62,995 bases of DNA, filler included, from Octopus bimaculoides (GCF_001194135.2; 4 parts of 4 records of this genome joined end to end with filler, not necessarily neighbours in it); one strand, 5' to 3'. Numbered from the whole stretch's first letter, positions 1 through 13,709 are shown. Program-made: numbers and translations. Notes: generated from the sequence alone by a model not told the origin.

Positions 1-42
1 CTACCTACCTACCTACCTACCTACCTACCTACCTACCTACCT

Positions 43-78
<36 letters not shown>

Positions 79-100
79 CTATCTATCTATCTATCTATCC
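1..100. repeat. Compound microsatellite (CTAC)n-(CT)n-(CTAT)n
   Basis: Direct reading of tandem 4- and 2-mers. Confidence 0.95.
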
Positions 101-622
101 AATTTTCTTCGCTTTATTGCATCAGTAGTTCCCCGTCCCCACCAACCTCACATTTCTCCCCCACCAACCTCACATTCCTCCCCTACCTACTTCCATTACT
201 CTATTATAGAAACTTCGAAGATTATCACTGTATATCTTATTCTATAACATGTTTATTAACTTGCTTATAAAGTAGATTTCTTCACCACCACCAACAAGAG
301 CAACAACAAAACCTACCACCACCACCATCATTCCCAACATTCCCATAAACATCAACACCAATACCACCATCACTTCCTCCTCCTCCTCCGCCGCCGCCGC
401 CATCAGACTGCGATCTCTATGCGACACACATACACACATCCCTGTCACACGCACCTTCCTCTGCTCTGCATCTTCGTTGTTTTCTAATTTTCCTTCTTTC
501 TCTTTCTAATCACAATGTTTTCTTTTACATTCCATTTCTCTACGTCTTTCTTTCTTTCTTTCTTTTTTTCTTTCTTTCCATCCTCTTTTTCTCCCTATTA
601 CTTCTCTCTCTCTCTCTCTCTA

Positions 623-659
<37 letters not shown>

Positions 660-678
660 TTGCTTATTACTAATGAAT

Positions 679-880
679 GGAGGGGGACAAACGCAGATAC
701 AGAAACACGCATACACATATTACGACGGGCTTCCACAAAGTTTCCGTCTACCATATTCACTAGTAAAGCATCCGTTAGCCCGAGGCCATCGTATAAGACA
801 TTTACTCAAGATGCTGCGCAATGGGACTTAATCTGAAACCACGTGGATGCAAAACCAAATTCTTAACCAAACAACCATCC
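679..880 (-). mobile_element. tRNA-derived SINE family A, 5' half
   Basis: Contains acgacgggcttccacaaagtttccgtctacc...gcccgaggc...aaccacgtgg. The same block recurs at 2626, 27411, 38675 and 61021; the tRNA-like head lies at the right end on the minus strand. Confidence 0.85.
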
Positions 881-924
881 CGACACATTTTATTTGATTC
901 CATTCCGCTCTCACGGTATTGAAT

Positions 925-1535
925 GAAATGACAGAACGATAGACAAAATAAATGAGTGGTGACCAAAATGACAGAATGATAGACAAAACAGCAGAGTAGT
1001 AGGCAAAGAACAGAGTGGTAGACAAAATAGTAGAGTAGAGCAGTACGTAAAATGGTAGAGCGGTAGACAAATTAATAGAATCGGAGACAAAGCAGCAGAG
1101 CGGTAGACAAAATAATAACGTANNNNNNNNNNNNNNNNNNNNNNNNNNNNNNNNNNNNNNNNNNNNNNNNNNNNNNNNNNNNNNNNNNNNNNNNNNNNAC
1201 AAATTAATAGAATCGGAGACAAAGCAGCAGAGCGGTAGACAAAATAATAACGTAGTAGACAAAATGGCGGAATGCTGGGCATAACGGAAGTGTGATAAGC
1301 AAAATGACAGAGTGGTGGACAAAATACTAGATAAAATAGTAGAGCAGTCGGCAAATTAATGCAGTCGAATACAAAATGGTTGAATAACTCACAAAAAGGT
1401 TGAGCAATGGAAAAATGGCGGAGTGGTTGGCAAAATAGCAGAAGACAAAATATTAGGACTGTAGTCAAAATGGCAGTCTGGTGGATAAAACTGTGGAGCA
1501 GTAGGTAGTATGGTGCAGAGGTAGACATAATACTG
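925..1535. repeat. Degenerate 20-bp minisatellite, consensus about AAAATGGCAGAGTGGTAGAC, interrupted by a gap
   Basis: Units such as aaaatgacagaatgatagac, aaaatggtagagcggtagac and aaaatgacagagtggtggac recur with about 20-bp period. Confidence 0.85.
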
Positions 1536-2625
1536 CAAAGCATTATGCTTCATTTTCAGTACTCGCCAGCGTTGCTTTGCCTGTCATCCTTCTGTAACCG
1601 ATAAAATAAATATTGGTAATTCAATTGTCTATATACCTCAACCTGTAATGTATACTATTGTGCTGCCTAAGTTAGAAGCCACTGTTGTTACTGTCGCCTC
1701 ACTGAAGACTGAGTCATTGGATTTGTTTGTGCCATATGTAAGATCATATTATCGATTAATTTTCCATTATGTTTTTTTTTTTAAACTATCTCGGCTACTT
1801 TGGATAAACACAGAGCGTCAAGAGGAAAGAAATAGTTGATTAAATCAACTACAATAGAAAATTAGTATTTATTTTTCCAGCTTGAGGTGGGATCAAAGCC
1901 AAATATGGTTCCGGCGAGATTTGAACTCGAAAAGTATATGGACGATACTAATGACCAGACAAGCCACCCATACCTGGATACAACTCACTCAATAAGAACT
2001 CACTACTTGAATAGACCATAAACAGGTGGTGCTATTAAGTTAAACCAATCTTTGGTCGAAACATAACTAAGTTTATCTAAGTTTATGTATATTGAAGTCA
2101 ATAGCGTTAGCATCACAGATGGAGTACTCGAACTGAGATCTTGGTGCGGTTTCGATTCGAGTTTATCTCATTTAGATTGCTAGAGTCACCGAGAAATGAA
2201 TGAACAATACAGATAGAGAGTCTTTCAAAATTTGGATAATCTAGTTATGAAATCAATATAAGCGACCATACGGACAAGAACCATGGAGAAGATGGCTATC
2301 TGTTCTTTTCAATTACCATAATGTGTCATTCCTGAAAATGTGTCTAATGAATCTGCTGTATACAGTTGCAGAAGGAAAACTGGAAGTTATTCCAACCATG
2401 TCAGATAAGAAGACAGAGAGAAAGAAATTGCCACTGACCTGGGAGTGGAAGTCATAAATGTTTTAATTGACTCCGCGTTGACAAAAAAAAAAAAGAGAAA
2501 AAAGACCTCACCAACGAGAAATCTTACAGAACATGGAACCCTTTTTGTGATGCAATGGAACAGTCCAAACCATGAATTACCCGTTGGTTTTCCCATTTAT
2601 GATTTTGTTCTCTCTGTTTGACTCC

Positions 2626-3048
2626 GGTATGACTGTCGTTAAGAATCTGGTTTTGCAACCACGTAGTTTCAGATTAAGACGCATTGTCTGGCACCTTGGG
2701 TAGGTGTCTTCTGCTAATATGGTAGACAGAAACTTTGTGGAAGCCCGTCGTACATACATGCGTGCGTATCTTTGTATTTGCGTTTGTCCTCCTCTATCAC
2801 TTAACAGCCGGTGCTGGTTTGTTTACGTCTCTGTATCTTAGCGTTTCAGTAAAAGAGACCGACAGAATCAGTACCAGATTTCAAAAAAAAAAAAAAAAGC
2901 AAAAAGGAAAAGCAGAAATTTACTAGGGTCGATTTGTTCGATTAAAAATACTTCAAGGCGTTCTCTTCAGCATGGCCGCAGGCAAATGACAGAAATAAGT
3001 ATATAAAAAAAAATAAAAAGAAAAAGAAAGAAAGATAAAAGATAAAAG
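2626..3048 (+). mobile_element. SINE family A, near full length, with an internal deletion
   Basis: Head, gaagcccgtcg block, central low-complexity segment, tail ...gggtcgatttgttcga...cagcatggccgcaggcaaatgacagaaataag and A-rich end. Confidence 0.85.
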
Positions 3049-3794
3049 ACGAATTGAGAAATAGCACAAGTAATGCGCAAGGCTGCATAAAAAATTCGGA
3101 AATATTTGATAATGGTTTTTCAGTTTCAATTTTCGGTTTCAGCTTGAGGTTTCAATTATTGGCAATTTCTTTGCCCTTCAATCGTTAACAATTTTGCGGA
3201 AGCTGTACACGATATGAAATTTCATTCGCCTTCTTCTGCAGGTTCTGGCACCAAATGTCTATGCCAGTTGAAATGTCAGAATTACATAACTACAGATTAG
3301 ATTAAAGATAACTGGCGAAGAATTTCCTTAAAAATCTTTAGCATTATATTCAATCACAGACACAGGACCAAATGCTTATCTCTTCGTAACTAGACCTCGG
3401 GTTTTGCAAAATTACTAAATCGCAGAACAACAGAACACGAGAAACATTGAAAAATGCATTATCTACATTTGTTTAAATGGTAAATCAAAATCTACGGTAT
3501 TAAAGAATTGCATAATAAGTCTTATCGAAATTTGATAGAGTAAAGATGAAAAATCGATAGAACTAGGGGAAAATCGTAGATTATGAATAGCCACCACGAT
3601 ACACTGATGTGTGCTTGCTAGGTGGAAAACTTTAAGTAAATAGAATTATAGAATCAGAGAATCAGTGAAATATATCTGTATTTATTGGGATAAACACTTT
3701 GGAATCACACTGTTATGAAATCCTTGGCTTAGCTTATGAATGATTATCTGCTGGACTGGAAAACTATATTAGTGTACGCGCGCATGTGTATGCT

Positions 3795-4250
<456 letters not shown>

Positions 4251-5177
4251 AATCTAAGGAAAAAGTGGTAATATCGCTTGCGGTATTCGAACGCTGCCTC
4301 TGGTGTAAAGTTATAGTTGTGCTACAAATGTGTGTGTGTGAGTGTATGTGTGTGTGTGTGCGTGTGCGTGTGCGTGTGTGTGTGAGCTTGTGCGCGTGGG
4401 TATATAATTACATCTAATAAAGATATGTACATGTAATATATGTACAACATACACATACACAAAGACTTGTATCTGTTCATCCATTCGTTTTTCAATCTCT
4501 CTTTCTCATTCTCTGAATACACACAAACATAAATATACTTCTGTGATTATCGTCTCCCGATAACCGAAGACATTCAATCTCAATATTGCATGTAATCAAG
4601 GTACGAACCCAGTGGTCTGCATACGTACCAATTGCATATCTATATAAACAAATCTATTCTTACGTTTATATTAGATAAGGTCAGAGTTATGCGCAAGGGC
4701 ATTCGAGCAGGCAATTTTAAGTGAACTGAACAGTAGAAAAGAGATGCATTGAAGGAACACTGGGTAAGCCAATTCGCATCTGTCGAGAGGAATCAGCTGG
4801 GTGTTAGTGTCGAAAATCTGGAAAATAATGTCACTTATTATGGTTTTTAACTGCTATGGAGTGCGGGAAAACGCCCAAGTCTTATGCATGAATGTTGCTA
4901 GTCTTTAGCGCTTAAGGGCTTATAGCTTATCAGCTGGTTATAGAAGATTGGACAGGATGTTAGCTGTTCAGCAGCAGGAGTTACCTTCGATGATGGCACA
5001 TAGAAAACATCTCCGATCTTCGACAGTATCTTAGTTAAGCGACATCATTAACTAATTAAAAAGAAAAAGAGAAGACACCCAAACAAAACTCTGATGGAAT
5101 ATATATATATGTATATATATATATGTATATATATATATATGTATATATATATGTATATATATGTATATATATATATA

Positions 5178-5750
5178 GGACAAATAGCCATAACAATAAT
5201 TCCATTGATCTAGATTCCTACACATCCCCCAATAACATATCCTCCAATAATAATAACTCAACCACAAGCATACGCAACCCTCTAGCCTCCTACACTTGTA
5301 ACTGTCGCTCCGGGACTATCTGTCCGCTTCAAACACATTGCGTAAGATACAATGTAATATATAAATGCACCGTGAAAAATCTATTACATAACTCTACTGC
5401 CACGTACATAAGTGCAACTAAAAACTTTAAACATCGCTACGCAGCCCATTTGCACTCTTTTAGATACGACAAACACAGTAAATCTACAACATTAGCCAAT
5501 CATATTCATCACCTCAAAAACAAAAATACCCAATACACCTTAAAATGGTCCATCTAAGATTCTGGAACTCCATACCAGGGCCAGCGCTCCAATTGCAAGC
5601 TTTGCCTAACGGAGGCGTTCCATATTTTAAAATACAATTCACCCACGCTACTTAATCGATATAACGAAGCGTTTAGCAACTGCAATCACCGCTCTTTCCA
5701 CACATTTAGGTTCTATCACAAGCAAAATTGCACAAACGATCACGGAACAT
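5178..5750 (+). mobile_element. Penelope-like element, GIY-YIG endonuclease remnant (pseudogenised)
   Basis: Translation CNCRSGTICPLQTHC..VIYKCTV..TYISATKNFKHRY..H..SF..STTLANHI..LK..KWSI*..PY..CKLCLTE..LLNR..CNH matches the PLE C-terminal Cys-rich plus GIY-YIG pattern. In-frame TAA at 5555-5557 and YIG changed to YIS. Begins directly after (TA)n. Confidence 0.85.
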
Positions 5751-6610
5751 AATCACACAACCCCCCACAGGCAACCTATTCAACCTGGCTAAAACATCCA
5801 TCTTTCACCATCTTTTGAATAGGATTATTTCCTTTCGATCATTTCACCACACATATACCCCCAAATCTATTTCTTCTACTCTCAAATTCACAAGAACACC
5901 ACCAACGCATACAGACTACGTCACGCCTTTCAATCCCTTTCCACCGTCTATAAATAGGCTTGGCTGCATCCTAAAATATGATACTACTAACTACCTTTCN
6001 NNNNNNNNNNNNNNNNNNNNNNNNNNNNNNNNNNNNNNNNNNNNNNNNNNNNNNNNNNNNNNNNNNNNNNNNNNNNNNNNNNNNNNNNNNNNNNNNNNNN
6101 NNNNNNNNNNNNNNNNNNNNNNNNNNNNNNNNNNNNNNNNNNNNNNNNNNNNNNNNNNNNNNNNNNNNNNNNNNNNNNNNNNNNNNNNNNNNNNNNNNNN
6201 NNNNNNNNNNNNNNNNNNNNNNNNNNNNNNNNNNNNNNNNNNNNNNNNNNNNNNNNNNNNNNNNNNNNNNNNNNNNNNNNNNNNNNNNNNNNNNNNNNNN
6301 NNNNNNNNNNNNNNNNNNNNNNNNNNNNNNNNNNNNNNNNNNNNNNNNNNNNNNNNNNNNNNNNNNNNNNNNNNNNNNNNNNNNNNNNNNNNNNNNNNNN
6401 NNNNNNNNNNNNNNNNNNNNNNNNNNNNNNNNNNNNNNNNNNNNNNNNNNNNNNNNNNNNNNNNNNNNNNNNNNNNNNNNNNNNNNNNNNNNNNNNNNNN
6501 NNNNNNNNNNNNNNNNNNNNNNNNNNNNNNNNNNNNNNNNNNNNNNNNNNNNNNNNNNNNNNNNNNNNNNNNNNNNNNNNNNNNNNNNNNNNNNNNNNNN
6601 NNNNNNNNNN

Positions 6611-7498
6611 GATCAATAAGTATCCGCACTGTTGGCATAGTAACGAAGCTAAAGTACGCAGAATGAAACCCCTTGGACAGATTGACCTTAAACACTGATG
6701 TGCATGCGCACTACGTTTTAACATTATACCTTACTTCCGCTGTTTACAGCAGTGCTTGGAAGGAATGTGTGTAGCGTGTGATCATCGCATTGACAATGAT
6801 AGAGAAAGTTGAGCGGAGAATCTGCATCAAATTTTGCCAAAAGCTTGGTGATACCTGCTCAGAGGTCTTCTCAAAGTTTTCAAAAAGTTTTCATCGTCCT
6901 CAACACAATCAAAGAGATCTCGTGCAATTGAAACCCGAGTGACCTTTTGGTTAGCTGAAAGTAGTTTTAACACCAATTTGCCAGACATGCGTCTCATACC
7001 CAAATCTTCAGTGATAATGGATTGAACTGAACCGTAACTAATCTGCATATCCTCTGATGAGTCATTGATGGGGAATCGACGATGTCCTCTCACAGCTGCA
7101 CGCACACTTGCGATGTTTTTCTCAGTTCTGCTGGTCGCAGGTCTCCCAGAACATCCGTTAATATCAACATTTTTTCGGCCATCTTGGAAACGTCTGAACC
7201 ACTCGTACACTTGAGTGCGGCTCATACACTCATCTTCATACACTTTCTGAAACTTTTCACTGGCCTCTGAGCAGGTATCGCCATGACAACTTTCTCTGTC
7301 ATTATCAATGCGACGACCACACGCTACACACCTTCCTTCCAAGCACTGCTGTAATCAGATAAAGTGAGTTAGAACGTTAATATTAGTGCGCATGTACAGC
7401 AGAGGTCCAAGGTCAATATTTGCCAAGTAGCTTTACTCTGCGTGCTTTAGCTTCGTTACTATGGCAACCGTCCGGATACTTATTGATCAGACCTCGTA
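6611..7498 (-). mobile_element. Mariner-derived non-autonomous element built from two inverted 5' ends, with an N-terminal transposase remnant (6872-7302, minus strand)
   Basis: Right end ...ccggatacttattgatcagacctcg + TA. The left end starts gatcaataagtatccg, with the first bases hidden by the gap. Arms 6611-6865 and 7264-7496 are inverted copies. Remnant DTCSEA.EKFQKVYEDECMSRTQVYEWFRRFQDGR..GRPATSRT..SYGSVQSIITEDLGMRR is a mariner HTH region. Confidence 0.9.
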
Positions 7499-7787
7499 TA
7501 CTGCTTTTCGAATCTATAAAGCCAGAGCACTGTCTGTTTTTTTTTTTCTGGCGAACAATACTACCCAAATTCACGAGACTCATCTCTAGATAGGAAATCG
7601 AATCGAAGGCATTGCAATATTTCATTTTATGGAAATCAAAAAGCAAATTAGATAATAATTCAAAAACATATTGGAAGCCAGAACTCCGCTGTTCAAAACT
7701 ATAACGCTAGGTTGAATAATGTTGCAAAAATGATGCAAAACAAGGAAATTATGATATATTTCAATGATATCCTCATGCAATAATACA

Positions 7788-8705
7788 TCAACAATAGTGT
7801 GTTTGACCACCACCTTTCTGAATCACTTCAAAACACGCGATTTCATACTTCCAGTCAGCTTCTGCAGCAGTTCAAGTGGGAGCTCTTCTCAGGCCTTCTC
7901 TATTGCTGTTTCAAGTTCATCAACAGACGAATACTGCTTGCTTTCGCTTTACACAACGTTCGTGAGATATCCACAGGAATTCTCCATAGGATTGAAGTCA
8001 GAACTTCTTGCTGGCCGTCACATGACTTCAACCCCAATTGCATGGAGCAAATCCACAGTTGCCCTTGCTTTATGAATAAGAGCATTGTCCTGTTGGAATA
8101 TGAAGTTCTCGCAATGGAGCCTTCTTCCTTCTTCGTCAATGGGAGCCCCGTCCTACATATCGATGTATCGTGCACTACTGAAACGGCCATCCATGATGAC
8201 AAGTAGAAGTTTCCCATTGACAGCTATGCCCCCCCCCCCACCATAAGACCTCTTCCGCTGTTCTGCCACTTGGAATAAGTAGAATTTTGTACACATTTAT
8301 CTGCCCAGTAATACTTATAACCGTCGGGCCAACCAAATTACATTTTTTATCATCAGAGAACAGAACCCTGGTCCATTCACTACCCCTAATCTGATGCTGC
8401 CGAGCAAACTCCAGTCTAACAGTTTTGTGGGAACTGGACAATAACGGACGTCCTAGCCGCTTCTTAAGGGGGAAACCATGGTTCAAAATCACTCTTCTTA
8501 CGTTGAATGTCGAGGTTCCTGCTCCTGTTGATGCCTTGATTTTGGAAACAGAAAAACAGAGTGATTTCTTTACAACTCTGACAATGGCGATTTCATCTTT
8601 TTCTGATGTAGCCTCGGGGCGTCCATCAGCATGAAACCTGTTTCAGAAAATTGTCCACTGGCGTTCTATAGACTCATGTCTCTGGAGACAGAAAAATCCA
8701 TGATC
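7788..8705 (-). mobile_element. Tc1/Tc3-like DD34E transposase pseudogene
   Basis: Frames give GRP..VRLEFARQH..WTRVLFSDDKKCNL.GP and FQQDNALIHKAR..*RPARSSDFNPME with 34 residues between D and E. Stops and frameshifts present; TIRs not identified. Confidence 0.85.
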
Positions 8706-8848
8706 TTCTATGTAAGCTCTAATTTATGAGTTCACATATTTAGTTCCTTTATTCTTTTGTCATCTTTGATTTATTCATCCAGAAAATGGATTGTATACAT
8801 AAACCTGACGAGTCGATAACTTTGCGGTGTAAGTATGATGACAATGCA

Positions 8849-8849
<1 letters not shown>

Positions 8850-8936
<87 letters not shown>

Positions 8937-8990
8937 GCCTTTCTGTCTGTCTATCTATCTGTCTGTCTGTCTGCCTGTCTGTCTGTCTAA
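8850..8990. repeat. (TCTA)n/(TGTC)n microsatellite
   Basis: Direct reading. Confidence 0.95.
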
Positions 8991-11122
8991 TGCTATCTAC
9001 TATTACACACATATGATATTCACTTATGATAAAATGCCGATGTAACAATTCTAAAATTATGTAATAAAACGAACTGCTCACTCCATTCTTCTTGTTAATG
9101 ATATTTACATAGACACACATATATGTATGCGTATATAAACATACATGCATACGTATGTTAATATATACATACATATATACATACATATATATATATATNN
9201 NNNNNNNNNNNNNNNNNNNNNNNNNNNNNNNNNNNNNNNNNNNNNNNNNNNNNNNNNNNNNNNNNNNNNNNNNNNNNNNNNNNNNNNNNNNNNNNNNNNN
9301 NNNNNNNNNNNNNNNNNNNNNNNNNNNNNNNNNNNNNNNNNNNNNNNNNNNNNNNNNNNNNNNNNNNNNNNNNNNNNNNNNNNNNNNNNNNNNNNNNNNN
9401 NNNNNNNNNNNNNNNNNNNNNNNNNNNNNNNNNNNNNNNNNNNNNNNNNNNNNNNNNNNNNNNNNNNNNNCTCCATTCTTCTTGTTAATGATATTTACAT
9501 AGACACACATATATGTATGCGTATATAAACATACATGCATACGTATGTTAATATATACATACATACACATGTGCATATATCCATAGATACAGATTTTCAC
9601 GTACAAAATGAGTTGAACGCCCGGCTAAAGTTCGATGCTATACTTCCCACTTTTACCTTATGGCAGTAAACAGTATACTTTACCCTTGGTAAATTGAGAG
9701 CCTTTCGCTTAAGGCTTGATAGTCTAAATGTATATTTATGCATAAAATACACACATCGCACCAACACACGACCCACACCCAAACACACGTACACACTTAT
9801 ATATATATATGTGTGTGTGTGTGTGGGCGTTTGTATCTGCTTTAGCAATCTCCCCACTTTGCAGTCTATCTAGCATTTTATCCATTTGCATTTATCAATA
9901 TATCTATCCATATATCTTATATTTATTCTCTTAAATGTCATTTTCTAACTCAGCATTTCCTTCCAATATAAATTCAATAAGGAGGACTACTGCAGAATCA
10001 AACGAAGGCTTGTATTCAGATATATGCACTTATATATAAATACATACATGTATACATGCATGCATACATACATACATACATATATACGTATAAACATGGA
10101 TATATACATAAGAACACACAAACACATACATGCATCATGTGTGTATAAATTATTATTTTGGATTCAATATGTATGAATATATATATGCGACAATGGAAGT
10201 ATACGACTAGGCTTCCAAATATGTATCTTATATATATATATATATATATATATNNNNNNNNNNNNNNNNNNNNNNNNNNNNNNNNNNNNNNNNNNNNNNN
10301 NNNNNNNNNNNNNNNNNNNNNNNNNNNNNNNNNNNNNNNNNNNNNNNNNNNNNNNNNNNNNNNNNNNNNNNNNNNNNNNNNNNNNNNNNNNNNNNNNNNN
10401 NNNNNNNNNNNNNNNNNNNNNNNNNNNNNNNNNNNNNNNNNNNNNNNNNNNNNNNNNNNNNNNNNNNNNNNNNNNNNNNNNNNNNNNNNNNNNNNNNNNN
10501 NNNNNNNNNNNNNNNNNNNNNNNNNNNNNNNNNNNNNNNNNNNNNNNNNNNNNNNNNNNNNNNNNNNNNNNNNNNNNNNNNNNNNNNNNNNNNNNNNNNN
10601 NNNNNNNNNNNNNNNNNNNNNNNNNNNNNNNNNNNNNNNNNNNNNNNNNNNNNNNNNNNNNNNNNNNNNNNNNNNNNNNNNNNNNNNNNNNNNNNNNNNN
10701 NNNNNNNNNNNNNNNNNNNNNNNNNNNNNNNNNNNNNNNNNNNNNNNNNNNNNNNNNNNNNNNNNNNNNNNNNNNNNNNNNNNNNNNNNNNNNNNNNNNN
10801 NNNNNNNNNNNNNNNNNNNNNNNNNNNNNNNNNNNNNNNNNNNNNNNNNNNNNNNNNNNNNNNNNNNNNNNNNNNNNNNNNNNNNNNNNNNNNNNNNNNN
10901 NNNNNNNNNNNNNNNNNNNNNNNNNNNNNNNNNNNNNNNNNNNNNNNNNNNNNNNNNNNNNNNNNNNNNNNNNNNNNNNNNNNNNNNNNNNNNNNNNNNN
11001 NNNNNNNNNNNNNNNNNNNNNNNNNNNNNNNNNNNNNNNNNNNNNNNNNNNNNNNNNNNNNNNNNNNNNNNNNNNNNNNNNNNNNNNNNNNNNNNNNNNN
11101 NNNNNNNNNNNNNNNNNNNNNN

Positions 11123-11170
<48 letters not shown>

Positions 11171-12000
11171 CGTAATGTATGTCGAAGTTAAAGAAACAAT
11201 AAAATAATGCGGCTCCAGCTGTATTTTTACCAAACTGAATTATTGCCTTCAGCGATAAAAGGTTATTTGTTGCCGATATATAATGTAAATGGCTTATGTA
11301 TAATGGTTCAGGTTGTGCGTAACACCAGCTGTGTGCATATACATACGTGTGTGTGTGTGTGCGCGTGTGTGTATCTGAGTGTGTGCGTGCGCCTGTATAT
11401 GTGTACGGATGTGACTCTGTGTGCCTACGTGTAAGAGTGTGTCTACGTGTAAGAGTGTGTTTATATGTATGTATGCTTATATTTATATGTATATATGTAT
11501 TTTACATGTATATATATATACACATATATATATACATATATATATGTATATATATACACACATATATACATATATATACATATATATATATATATATGCA
11601 TGAATATATATGTATGTATATGTATATGTATATATATATATATATGTATATATNNNNNNNNNNATGTATGTATGTATGTATGTATGTATGTATGTATATA
11701 TATATATTTATATCTATATATGTATGTATATATGTGTGTGTGTGTGTGCATATATGTATGTTGGTATGCACAATTATACAAATACACGTATGTATATAGA
11801 TATACATAATATTTATACATCGCACATCCCCACATGTATATATAAACACACACACATATATATATATGTATGTGCGTGTGTGTGTGCATATATATGCTTA
11901 TATGGAGAGAAGACGAGAAAGAAAGAGAAATGGTGAGACAAAGATAGACACAGAGATGTATATATATATACATATACACACATATATATACAGATATAAA

Positions 12001-12035
<35 letters not shown>

Positions 12036-13238
12036 NNNNNNNNNNNNNNNNNNNNNNNNNNNNNNNNNNNNNNNNNNNNNNNNNNNNNNNNNNNNNNNNN
12101 NNNNNNNNNNNNNNNNNNNNNNNNNNNNNNNNNNNNNNNNNNNNNNNNNNNNNNNNNNNNNNNNNNNNNNNNNNNNNNNNNNNNNNNNNNNNNNNNNNNN
12201 NNNNNNNNNNNNNNNNNNNNNNNNNNNNNNNNNNNNNNNNNNNNNNNNNNNNNNNNNNNNNNNNNNNNNNNNNNNNNNNNNNNNNNNNNNNNNNNNNNNN
12301 NNNNNNNNNNNNNNNNNNNNNNNNNNNNNNNNNNNNNNNNNNNNNNNNNNNNNNNNNNNNNNNNNNNNNNNNNNNNNNNNNNNNNNNNNNNNNNNNNNNN
12401 NNNNNNNNNNNNNNNNNNNNNNNNNNNNNNNNNNNNNNNNNNNNNNNNNNNNNNNNNNNNNNNNNNNNNNNNNNNNNNNNNNNNNNNNNNNNNNNNNNNN
12501 NNNNNNNNNNNNNNNNNNNNNNNNNNNNNNNNNNNNNNNNNNNNNNNNNNNNNNNNNNNNNNNNNNNNNNNNNNNNNNNNNNNNNNNNNNNNNNNNNNNN
12601 NNNNNNNNNNNNNNNNNNNNNNNNNNNNNNNNNNNNNNNNNNNNNNNNNNNNNNNNNNNNNNNNNNNNNNNNNNNNNNNNNNNNNNNNNNNNNNNNNNNN
12701 NNNNNNNNNNNNNNNNNNNNNNNNNNNNNNNNNNNNNNNNNNNNNNNNNNNNNNNNNNNNNNNNNNNNNNNNNNNNNNNNNNNNNNNNNNNNNNNNNNNN
12801 NNNNNNNNNNNNNNNNNNNNNNNNNNNNNNNNNNNNNNNNNNNNNNNNNNNNNNNNNNNNNNNNNNNNNNNNNNNNNNNNNNNNNNNNNNNNNNNNNNNN
12901 NNNNNNNNNNNNNNNNNNNNNNNNNNNNNNNNNNNNNNNNNNNNNNNNNNNNNNTATATATATATATATATATATGTTTATAAGATATTCATGGACATTT
13001 GTACACACAGACACAGACACATATATGCTAAGGGAAAGGTAACGTGGGTGTCGGGAAGAGAGTGAGAGAGATAGAGATAGAGATAGATAGATGGATAGGT
13101 AGAAGGAGAGAGAGAGAGAGAGAAAGACAGAGCGTGGTATATAAATAGATTGACATGTATATGTTGTTATAGATGAATAGATACAGGTGAATGTGTGCGT
13201 GCATTAGTGTATAGGTGTGATAGAAAAATATGTATGTA

Positions 13239-13279
<41 letters not shown>

Positions 13280-13289
13280 NNNNNNNNNN

Positions 13290-13340
<51 letters not shown>

Positions 13341-13674
13341 TGTATGCATGTATATATATGTATATATATATATATATGTATGTATATGCATATGTATATG
13401 TTTGTGAGAGAGAGAGAGTGTGTGTGTATGTGTGTGTGCTCATACATAAACATGAATTTTTGTACTATGTGTGGGGAGCTACATGTGTGTATTTTGGTGT
13501 CTTTTTGGGACAGGTAGCAATTAAGCGTACATGTGCATGTGCGTATATATGTTTGTATGCATGCTTCCGTCTATCTGTCTGTCTGTCTATCTCTCTCTCT
13601 CTCACTCTCTCTCTCTCTCTCTCTCTATCTGTCTATCTATCACTCTCTCTTTCTCTCTCTCATATATATATACA

Positions 13675-13709
<35 letters not shown>

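Noticed and set aside
1067-1254. Exact 56-bp repeat across the gap in the minisatellite
   Set aside because: Probably the same overlap artefact; the other units are highly diverged.
925-1535. CRISPR-like or protein-coding interpretation of the 20-bp array (ORFs 828-1322 and 911-1543)
   Set aside because: There is no constant repeat with unique spacers and no cas genes. The period is not a multiple of 3 and the ORFs are low-complexity.
4923-4933. TAGCTTATCAG, matching the start of miR-21
   Set aside because: Only 11 nt match, there is no precursor hairpin, and such a match is expected by chance.
5555-5557. In-frame stop in the PLE endonuclease as possible selenocysteine recoding
   Set aside because: The codon is TAA, not TGA, and the YIG motif is also mutated, so ordinary decay is the simpler explanation.
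8795-8830. CTGACGAG (also CTGACGAAG at about 46430) as further hammerheads
   Set aside because: No downstream helix II-GAAA-NUH arrangement.
9081-9565. Identical ~95-bp sequence on both sides of a gap (9081-9175 and 9471-9565)
   Set aside because: Perfect identity flanking an N-run points to an unmerged contig overlap rather than a true duplication.
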